Source of the DNA: an uncultured Gemmatimonadales bacterium
GTDB taxonomy: Bacteria > Gemmatimonadota > Gemmatimonadetes > Gemmatimonadales > Gemmatimonadaceae
Assembly: GCA_963707505.1 (NCBI GenBank)
Contig: CAVPQB010000001.1
Span: forward strand, 64,001-128,000
DNA length: 64,000 nt
Reading direction: 5' to 3'
In this document: positions 56,979-64,000 of the stretch, in pieces
Numbering within the stretch: position 1 is the first letter of the stretch
Layout: each line of letters starts with the position of its first letter
Program-made: the position numbers and the translations under genes
The notes under the pieces: generated by a model
Database searches by the model: none
What the model saw: the letters and a program-made list of their open reading frames with translations, nothing else
What the model was told of the DNA's origin: nothing

Positions 56979-58466
56979 TCACTGCGCAGGGCTCGCATTA
57001 CGCGCCAGCTCGGCAGGTGCGGGCTGTTGCACTCGCGTCACCAGCGCGACGACAGTAAGCACGACTGCATTCACCGCCAGCGCAACGAAGCCGACGTTCA
57101 GGTCCTTCACCATCTGCGGAGCGCCAGGAAGCAGTGTTGCAACGGACGCACTCGTAACTGTGAGAAAGACGACGGTAAGCTCGCCTGCCACAATTCCCGC
57201 GATCGCGCTCGCGGCACTCACGCGCTGGCGCTCACCCAGGCTCAATATGAGAGCGGGAAACAGTTGCGTCACGAAGTTGTAGCCCATCAACAGAAGCACG
57301 ACGAGCGTTTGCCCGCCGCGCAGCGTCAGAATGACTGCGGCCAGCGTCAACACCGGCACCAATGAACGCGCGACGAGTGACACGGTCCTGTCCGATGCAC
57401 TCGGCGCCATCACCCTATAGATATTCTGAGATAGGATCGTGCCAGCAGTGATGAGAATCATGGATCCAGGCACGAGAGCGGTGAGCAAACCGGCCGCGCC
57501 AATCACGCCGACTGTCCATGACCCGAAACTCTGTTCGACGATGCGTAACAGTGAGAGGTCGGCATCCGCGCCCTTGAGCCCGGGCACGACGAGGATTGCC
57601 GCAAACCCGGTGAAGAAAACGAACAGCACCACCAGCTGATACAGCGGAAGTATCACCGCGTTCTTGCGAAACACATTTTCGCTGCGCGCCGTGTACACGC
57701 CAGCGAAGAATTGTGGCCACATGTAGAAACCGGTTGCGGTCAGTAATACGGTGGAGATGAACCACGCCGGGCTCATCCCGGACGCAGGCAACGTGAGTGC
57801 ACCCGGCTTCGCGGCCTCGACGGCCTCGAACATTGCGCGATATCCGCCGAAATAATGCAGCGGCAGATACACCCCGATGCCGACCGCTGCGGCGAGAATC
57901 ATCACATCCTTGAGCGCAGACGTCCACGCAGATCCGCGCACGCCGGACACGACCACGTATCCGACGAGCGCAATACTTGACGTCCACACTGCTACTGCCT
58001 GCGTTATGACTCCGCCCGATGCTTCGGAGACGATGATACCGAGTCCCTTGAGCTGAAGCACGAGATACGGTACCAGCGCTGCAACACTGACCAGCGCAAC
58101 GACGACACCGAGTGTCTTGCTCTCGTACTTCGCGACGAAGAAATCCGCCTGCGATACGAGTCTGCGCGTCTGTGCATACCGCCAGACTATCGGCAGCAGA
58201 AAATACGAGACGCTGTATGCAATCGCACCGTAACAAAGGATGTAGAACGCAGGCGCGCCCTTGCCATAGGCCCAGCCACTGCCGCCGAGAAAGGTAAACG
58301 TTGTATAGATCTCGCCGGCCATGAGCAGAAACACGAATACCGATCCAAAGCCGCGTCCGCCAACGCTCCACTGTTCCAGACTCATTACATGGCCGCGTCG
58401 CGCCGTCAGACCGAGCGCGATGGCCAGTACGAAGACGCCGATGATTACACCGAGTGCTGGTGTCAC
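56979..58466 (-). CDS. Sodium:solute symporter family protein
   Basis: WSVGGRGFG..GEIYTTFTFLGGSGWAY; about 13 TM segments. Confidence 0.93.
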   Translation of the reverse strand: MTPALGVIIGVFVLAIALGLTARRGHVMSLEQWSVGGRGFGSVFVFLLMAGEIYTTFTFLGGSGWAYGKGAPAFYILCYGAIAYSVSYFLLPIVWRYAQTRRLVSQADFFVAKYESKTLGVVVALVSVAALVPYLVLQLKGLGIIVSEASGGVITQAVAVWTSSIALVGYVVVSGVRGSAWTSALKDVMILAAAVGIGVYLPLHYFGGYRAMFEAVEAAKPGALTLPASGMSPAWFISTVLLTATGFYMWPQFFAGVYTARSENVFRKNAVILPLYQLVVLFVFFTGFAAILVVPGLKGADADLSLLRIVEQSFGSWTVGVIGAAGLLTALVPGSMILITAGTILSQNIYRVMAPSASDRTVSLVARSLVPVLTLAAVILTLRGGQTLVVLLLMGYNFVTQLFPALILSLGERQRVSAASAIAGIVAGELTVVFLTVTSASVATLLPGAPQMVKDLNVGFVALAVNAVVLTVVALVTRVQQPAPAELARNASPAQ

Positions 58467-58699
58467 GGCGAGCTCGAATTATCGGAGGGTGTCACGGCTG
58501 CACCGCCGAGCTCGGCATCGTGCCTGCTGTCGAGCAAGTAGATGAGCGCCATTGTGAGGGACGTTATCACTACCCACACGACGATCCACGCGAGCAGAAA
58601 CGGGAGACCCAATACGTATGGATGTACGCGATTGGCGAATGGCACGCCGCCGAGCATGCCGAGTGTGGGAATCGCAGCGAGCCAGCGGTACCGCCTCAT
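58463..58699 (-). CDS. DUF3311-like small membrane protein
   Basis: PFANRVHPYVLGLPFLLAW; 4-nt overlaps with both neighbours. Confidence 0.87.
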   Translation of the reverse strand: MRRYRWLAAIPTLGMLGGVPFANRVHPYVLGLPFLLAWIVVWVVITSLTMALIYLLDSRHDAELGGAAVTPSDNSSSP

Positions 58700-59886
58700 C
58701 CCTGCGACGGCGCGAGAAAGTCCAGTGCCGCAACGACGAATGTGCGCGTTCCGTAATCGAGTGCGCGCTCGTCGATGTCGAAGCATTCGTGGTGGTGCGG
58801 CTGCACTATTCCTCGCTCCTCGCAACGTGCACCGACAAAAAAGAACGCACCTGGCGCACGCTGCTGATAGGCCGAGAAGTCCTCGCCGCCCATGCAGGGA
58901 ATGGCTTCCGTGAGTGCCTCCTCACCGAGCGCACGAACCACGGCACGACGCAACAGCTCGCTGGCGCGCTCGTCATTCACTACTGGCCGATAACCGCGCT
59001 CATACGAAAATGTGTAATTCGCACCATGCGCCGACGTGATGCCCGCGAGAATGCGCTCGATGTGCCGCGGCATCTCCGTGCGCAGACTCTCGTCGAAAGT
59101 CCGTACCGTTCCTTCCATTTCGACGGAGCCTGGAATCACGTTGTGCGTGGTGCCTCCGGCGATCCGGGTTATCGATATCACCGATGGTTGCAGTGGATCG
59201 ACGTTGCGGGCGACAACGTGTTGCAGATTGGTGATGAACTGTGCGGACACGGCAATCGGATCGACGGTCTGATGCGGCAGCGCGGCGTGCCCTCCGCTTC
59301 CCGTAATCGTGATACAGATCTTATCCGGGGCAGCCATGAGTTCACCGGCCTTCACGCCCACCTTTCCAACCTCGAGTGGAAGCCAGAGATGTGCGCCGAT
59401 CACGATATCCACCCCGTCCATCACACCAGCTTTCACCAACTCCTCTGCGCCGCCCGGATGCAGCTCCTCGGCGTGCTGGAAGATGAAGCGCACCTCGCCA
59501 GCAAGCGCGTCACGTCGCCCGACCAGTACTTTTACGGCGCCTAGTAGCATCGCCGTATGGCCGTCGTGGCCGCATGCGTGCATCGTGCCCGGGTTCTGGG
59601 AGATGAAACTGTGGGTATTACGCTCCTCGATGGGAAGGGCGTCGATGTCTGCGCGGATGGCGAGCACCGGGCCCGGACTCGCGCCTTTGAGCCGTGCCAG
59701 GACACTCGTCGGGGTTGGTCGCGTGATCTCGAGGCCGCCGAATCCAGCGAGTGTATCGGCAATCCATTGAGAGGTTCGCTCCTCGTGAAACGAGCGCTCA
59801 GGGTGCTGATGCAGGTAGCGCCGCCACCCGATGACCTCTTCGCGAACCGTCTCTACGGTTTCGCTTTGTGAAACTGAAGCCGCCAC
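58696..59886 (-). CDS. M20 family amidohydrolase
   Basis: RRYLHQHPE, IRADIDALP, MHACGHDGH, FQHAEE, GGHAA, GGEDFS, PHHH; start set at GTG 59886. Confidence 0.93.
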   Translation of the reverse strand: MAASVSQSETVETVREEVIGWRRYLHQHPERSFHEERTSQWIADTLAGFGGLEITRPTPTSVLARLKGASPGPVLAIRADIDALPIEERNTHSFISQNPGTMHACGHDGHTAMLLGAVKVLVGRRDALAGEVRFIFQHAEELHPGGAEELVKAGVMDGVDIVIGAHLWLPLEVGKVGVKAGELMAAPDKICITITGSGGHAALPHQTVDPIAVSAQFITNLQHVVARNVDPLQPSVISITRIAGGTTHNVIPGSVEMEGTVRTFDESLRTEMPRHIERILAGITSAHGANYTFSYERGYRPVVNDERASELLRRAVVRALGEEALTEAIPCMGGEDFSAYQQRAPGAFFFVGARCEERGIVQPHHHECFDIDERALDYGTRTFVVAALDFLAPSQG

Positions 59887-60086
59887 GGACACCCCCCACC
59901 AGAGTTCGCTGGATGTTACAGGCTTGCGCACCTGTTGGACAGGGGGCAGACACCGAGACGAGCCACCGAGACGAGCGATCGCTGACGTGCGATAACAGCG
60001 TATAACGCACGTTTCGCCGCAGGAATCCTGCTGTTCGCGCTCGAGTCGTTTGTATACGCCTGTAACGAGGTTACGCTGCAAATCGA

Positions 60087-61058
60087 ATGGTCGGATCACC
60101 TTTAGGACAGTGTCTTCTGGCAATCGCCATGACCACGTTGGCGACCCCTGTCACGTATCGGCCGGTGCATCCGCCGCCGGCGCTTGCGCCACGTGATCCA
60201 ACGCAGGTCGAGATGCGGAATGTCGATTTCTACGTGGATCCGGAGATAGTGCTCCACATCCACAGGCTACGCGGAACGATACGCAGCAAGGGCGGTGGTC
60301 CGGTCATGTTCGACGACAAGCGATCGCTAGTCATTCATCTAACGACCGCTGAAGTCGGTCTGAACGCGAACGACATTACGGCGCTGCTCAACAAGTACGT
60401 GTTCGCATACAGGGGCGCACCGCTCTCCAAACTACGCGTTACGATTTCCGGGTCGCAGATAGTACTGGCCGGGACACTGCACAAGGTCGCCGCACTGCCG
60501 TTCACAATCAAGGCGGAAGTAAGCGCAACGCCCGATGGACACATTCGCATGCATCCGGTCGAGACCAGGATCATTGGACTTGGCGTCACCCACTTGATGC
60601 ACGGCCTAGGAATGTCGCTGCAGAAATTGGTGGATCTGAGCAAGGCACATGGTGCATCCGCCAGAGGCAACGACATTTATCTCGCACCGGACAGCATTCT
60701 GCCACCACCGACTATCGAGGGGCGCGTGACCGCTGTACGGATCGTGGGGAATGAAATGGTTGAAACGTTCGGCGGCGAAGGAACACCCGAGCAACTCGCC
60801 ATTCCCGATCCGAGCCAGCGCAATTTCATGCTCTATCGCGGCGGCACGTTGCGCTTCGGCAAGCTCCTCATGCTCGACGCTGAAATGCAGATCGTCGATC
60901 TGGATCCAGCAGACCCGTTCAAGTTCGATCTGGACCGCTACAACGCGCAGCTCATAGCCGGATATTCACGAACGCTGCCGGATCTCGGGCTCGAGGTTTA
61001 CATGCGTGACATCGACAAGGTCAAGCAATCTTCTAGTGCGCGCCCTTCGTTGCACTGA
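60087..61058 (+). CDS. Secreted hypothetical protein, beta-rich
   Basis: Signal-like N-terminus; natural composition; motifs MRNVDF, NFMLYRGGTLRFGKL, QLIAGYS. Confidence 0.75.
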   Translation: MVGSPLGQCLLAIAMTTLATPVTYRPVHPPPALAPRDPTQVEMRNVDFYVDPEIVLHIHRLRGTIRSKGGGPVMFDDKRSLVIHLTTAEVGLNANDITALLNKYVFAYRGAPLSKLRVTISGSQIVLAGTLHKVAALPFTIKAEVSATPDGHIRMHPVETRIIGLGVTHLMHGLGMSLQKLVDLSKAHGASARGNDIYLAPDSILPPPTIEGRVTAVRIVGNEMVETFGGEGTPEQLAIPDPSQRNFMLYRGGTLRFGKLLMLDAEMQIVDLDPADPFKFDLDRYNAQLIAGYSRTLPDLGLEVYMRDIDKVKQSSSARPSLH

Positions 61059-62118
61059 TCCGTTCGAACGTCACGTTCATGATTGGATAATCGTGCCAAT
61101 CCTTGTAATCGAAGTGCCACCACTCCTGCGGATTCGCGGTGAAGCCCTCGGCCTCCATCGCCGAACGCAACAACGCCCTGTGCCAACGCTGTAGCGACGT
61201 GCCACCCGGATATTCCGCGTACGCCCGATCGGTGCTCTCGTCGTAAGTGCTGACCATCTCGACTGGCTGACCGGTCCTGAGATCGTAGAGCGTGAGATCC
61301 ACGGCGCAACCGCGATTGTGCATCGATCCGTGTGCCGGATTTGCAACCAGCCATTTCTTGTCGGCCGGAGTCGCGTCCCAGAAGATCTTCGTGACGTACC
61401 ACGGTCGATACGCATCGTGAATCAGCAAGCCATAGCCACGCTTGTGGAGCTCATGACTAATCCGGACCACCGCCTCTGCGGCCGGCCGCTGCATGAACGC
61501 GCGCGCCTGCGTGTACATGCGGCTACCGAGAAAGTTGTTTGTGGTTGCGTAGCGGATCTCGAGCCTGATCGTGGAATCGAGCGTCGTCAGCTCGACCAGA
61601 TCCGGCTTGCGCGCGCTTGGCGGCTCGACAGGCGGCGTTGCGGCCAGAGCGATGGTGCGCAGCTCCTCCACCGGACGGACCGGCGTTACGCGTAGCTGAG
61701 TGCCGGATTCGGGACCGATCTGTCTGCGTGGGAATACTATCCCACCAACGGTGAGTTGCGTGGCGCGACCGCTTGCACCGCGCTGAAACGTCACTCGCGA
61801 GCCACCGTACAATCCTTCATGTGGCCACTGAAACACGTCAGTGGAAATCTGGCGCACAGGGTACGGTGTGAGCCATTCGACTGTGGCGTAGAGCGACCCG
61901 CCTCGCTCTGAAATGAGCATGCGATCACCGTCACCATATTCGCCAATGAGACCCATCCAGGTGGACGGAGCAGGCGGGGGCGCGGGGCCAACGCTTGTCT
62001 GCGCCCTGATGGATCCAGCGCCGAGTGTCGATAAAAAGAATATCGCACAGACGAGCGCATTGTATGCGCTTCGGCGCGCGCCGGCGCTCCGTCGTACAGC
62101 CGGTTCAGTCACACGCAT
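61033..62118 (-). CDS. M15 family D-Ala-D-Ala dipeptidase (DdpX/VanX-like) with extra N-terminal domain
   Basis: IRYATTNNF, DAYRP, SMHNRGCAVD, EWWHF; signal peptide. Confidence 0.92.
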   Translation of the reverse strand: MRVTEPAVRRSAGARRSAYNALVCAIFFLSTLGAGSIRAQTSVGPAPPPAPSTWMGLIGEYGDGDRMLISERGGSLYATVEWLTPYPVRQISTDVFQWPHEGLYGGSRVTFQRGASGRATQLTVGGIVFPRRQIGPESGTQLRVTPVRPVEELRTIALAATPPVEPPSARKPDLVELTTLDSTIRLEIRYATTNNFLGSRMYTQARAFMQRPAAEAVVRISHELHKRGYGLLIHDAYRPWYVTKIFWDATPADKKWLVANPAHGSMHNRGCAVDLTLYDLRTGQPVEMVSTYDESTDRAYAEYPGGTSLQRWHRALLRSAMEAEGFTANPQEWWHFDYKDWHDYPIMNVTFERISATKGAH

Positions 62119-62139
62119 CACAGCTCCATCGGTCTGAGG

Positions 62140-63342
62140 TCATACGGTACCTCGGTACTGTGCCAGCCACTCTGCGCTCCATGAATCGAACACGCCACTT
62201 TGAAGTGTCTCGCGTGCGCCACGCATGATGCCAATCAAAAACGATATGTTATGCAGCGCGAGCAGCCTCTTCCCCAACATCTCTTCGCTTACAAAAAGAT
62301 GTCGCAGATATGCCCGGTCATACTGCGTGCAGCAAGGGCAGTCGCATCCTTCCACCAATGGACGGCGATCGGTGCGATAGCTGCTCTGCCGAATCTGCAC
62401 CTTTCCATCGGGAGTGAACGCAGTTCCGTCGCGACCCATCCTCGTTGGCGCCACGCAGTCGAACAGATCGATGCCGCGACGCACTCCCTCGATGAGGTCG
62501 TCCGGGAAGCCCACACCCATCAAATATCGCGGGACATTGCGAGGCAGAATCGGATCGCACACTTCCAGCATCGCGTACGTATCATCCTTCGTTTCCCCGA
62601 CGGACAATCCACCTATCGCGACGCCGGACCAGTCTCCGCTATCGAGAATTCCGGCGACCGACGCTCTCCGAAGATCCGGGTAGGTACCGCCCTGCACTAT
62701 CGGAAAAAGCGCCTGCTGCGGTGCCGGACTGTCACATGCAAGAGCCGGTGCGCCAACCGGTACCGTGAATTCCGGAATCGGAGCGCGTCCTTCGCGAGAG
62801 ATCCGATCGAACTCGACCCGGCAACGTTGCAGCCAGCGGAGGCTGCGCTCCATCGCTGATCGCGCCGCTGCGACGTCACTCTGACCCTGAATCAGCTCGT
62901 CCAGCTGCATCATAACGTCCGCGCCGAGATTGCGTTCGATCCGCATCACACTCTCTGGCGTGTACTGATGCGCTGAGCCGTCGATGTGACTCTGGAATTC
63001 GACGCCATCCTCACTCACTGTCCGGAGTCTGGATAACGAGAACACCTGAAACCCGCCGGAGTCGGTGAGCATCGGGCCGTTCCATCTCGTAAAGGCATGG
63101 AGACCGCCGAGCGAACGTACCATCATGTCGCCGGGACGAAGGTAGAGGTGGTACGCGTTTGCCAGTACCATCTGGCCACCCGCTGCTGCGACCTCCTCCA
63201 TCGACAGTCCGCGCACAACACCATGTGTACCGACGGGCATGAAAGCGGGTGTCTCGACCACTCCGTGCGGAGTGTCGAGCCAGCCAAGACGTGCAGAGCC
63301 GCAGTCATGTGAAGTTCGAAATGAAAACGGCGCCACGCTCAC
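62140..63342 (-). CDS. tgt: tRNA-guanine transglycosylase
   Basis: TPAFMPVGT, NAYHLYLRPG, TDSGGFQVFSL, VQGG, YLMGVG, FDCVAPTR, zinc motif CDCPCC..HN. Confidence 0.96.
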   Translation of the reverse strand: MSVAPFSFRTSHDCGSARLGWLDTPHGVVETPAFMPVGTHGVVRGLSMEEVAAAGGQMVLANAYHLYLRPGDMMVRSLGGLHAFTRWNGPMLTDSGGFQVFSLSRLRTVSEDGVEFQSHIDGSAHQYTPESVMRIERNLGADVMMQLDELIQGQSDVAAARSAMERSLRWLQRCRVEFDRISREGRAPIPEFTVPVGAPALACDSPAPQQALFPIVQGGTYPDLRRASVAGILDSGDWSGVAIGGLSVGETKDDTYAMLEVCDPILPRNVPRYLMGVGFPDDLIEGVRRGIDLFDCVAPTRMGRDGTAFTPDGKVQIRQSSYRTDRRPLVEGCDCPCCTQYDRAYLRHLFVSEEMLGKRLLALHNISFLIGIMRGARETLQSGVFDSWSAEWLAQYRGTV

Positions 63343-64000
63343 AGGCGAGTCATCAACGACGCCACGGCATTCTGGACAATTACACCCAGGATGCCGAGCA
63401 CGGCGAGCGAGCTCATTGTAAGTGTGAGATGTTTCTTGAGGCCGGGGTCTCTCGATACACGTGTAGCGAACACGACATTCACCAGCACGCTCACTGCGGT
63501 CGCGAGAACCGCGCCGATCGCAGCAACCGATGGGGTGATAGTACCGTGTGCGGCGAGCAGCGCGGCCGATGCAACAGCGCTCGCGCTCGACAGAACACCG
63601 CCAATGATGCTGACGAAATAGAAACCGGCATGGCCGAGCAGACGCTGGCCGAGTATTCCGGTAACCTGAATCGCGAGAAATACGAGACCATACTTGATCG
63701 CCGATGTGATCGAGAACGGCGAAGACAATGGGATGAGGGGCTGATTCTGGGCCGGGGCTTGGGATGCTCTGACCGACCGGTAGTGAAGAACGAGTAGCAC
63801 GATCCCCGCACCGATCATCAACGTGAATGCAAGCATTCCGCTCACGAGTGCTGCCGGTGCCAGCAGTACCAGCAGGACTGCGTTGCGAAGTATGGATGCT
63901 ACAATCGCAAGCAGGATTCCGGCGTACGCAACGCCCGTGAGCGCATCACCGCTGTCACGATCACGTGTGGCCATCTCCGTGACAGTAACCGTGCTGTTAA
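63339..64000 (-). CDS. MgtC/DUF4010-type membrane protein, 3' part
   Basis: NSTVTV.EMA, SPFSITSAIKYG, GGVLSSASA; multiple TM segments; open to the window end; GTGA overlap with tgt. Confidence 0.8.
   Translation of the reverse strand, partial: NSTVTVTEMATRDRDSGDALTGVAYAGILLAIVASILRNAVLLVLLAPAALVSGMLAFTLMIGAGIVLLVLHYRSVRASQAPAQNQPLIPLSSPFSITSAIKYGLVFLAIQVTGILGQRLLGHAGFYFVSIIGGVLSSASAVASAALLAAHGTITPSVAAIGAVLATAVSVLVNVVFATRVSRDPGLKKHLTLTMSSLAVLGILGVIVQNAVASLMTRL

Noticed and set aside
59915..60074. Inverted 9-mers GTTACAGGC/GCCTGTAAC and dyad GTAAC-GAG-GTTAC (possible MITE or operator)
   Set aside because: Arms are short, there is no target-site duplication or second copy, and chance cannot be excluded.
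61033..62118. vanX as a glycopeptide-resistance gene; serine hydrolases as beta-lactamases
   Set aside because: No vanH/vanA/vanRS nearby. These families are widespread housekeeping hydrolases and the motifs do not show resistance function.

Overview
GC-rich bacterial chromosomal segment. Gene content and style suggest Gemmatimonadota (inference: TonB-C proteins with VVDTTG motifs, a DUF5916-type outer-membrane protein, a DUF5117/DUF4953-type zinc metalloprotease, plant/chlamydial-type FabI). It holds about 50 mostly housekeeping or envelope genes: fabI, a DEAD-box helicase, MATE, tkt, a KynB-like cyclase, a ~2,790-aa cyclic beta-1,2-glucan synthase-like protein, an HD-GYP protein, a Mo-oxidoreductase/cytochrome b pair, ALDH, serine hydrolases, an M20/SSS-symporter operon, a D,D-dipeptidase and tgt, plus one tRNA-Phe(GAA). 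Downstream of the tRNA lies an ~11-kb mosaic of accessory genes and gene remnants with no visible integrase. I found no CRISPR array, transposase, prophage or recognisable defence system, and I cannot support a claim of a clearly new multi-gene system. The most interesting signals are small: (1) a palindromic bidirectional promoter that appears to drive two leaderless genes, part of a window-wide TANNNT-N5-8-start pattern; (2) an Ahr/CAD-like dehydrogenase lacking both catalytic-zinc cysteines; (3) candidate operators next to a CGNR zinc-finger regulator and a NIPSNAP gene; (4) dispersed ATTCCC-N8-GGGAAT hairpin repeats; (5) a G-rich tandem repeat ahead of the HD-GYP gene; (6) a Tgt with a mixed bacterial/eukaryotic pocket signature. 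Eight +1 frameshifts in five genes look like sequencing or assembly insertion errors. Family assignments come from motif recognition by eye, not from database searches.
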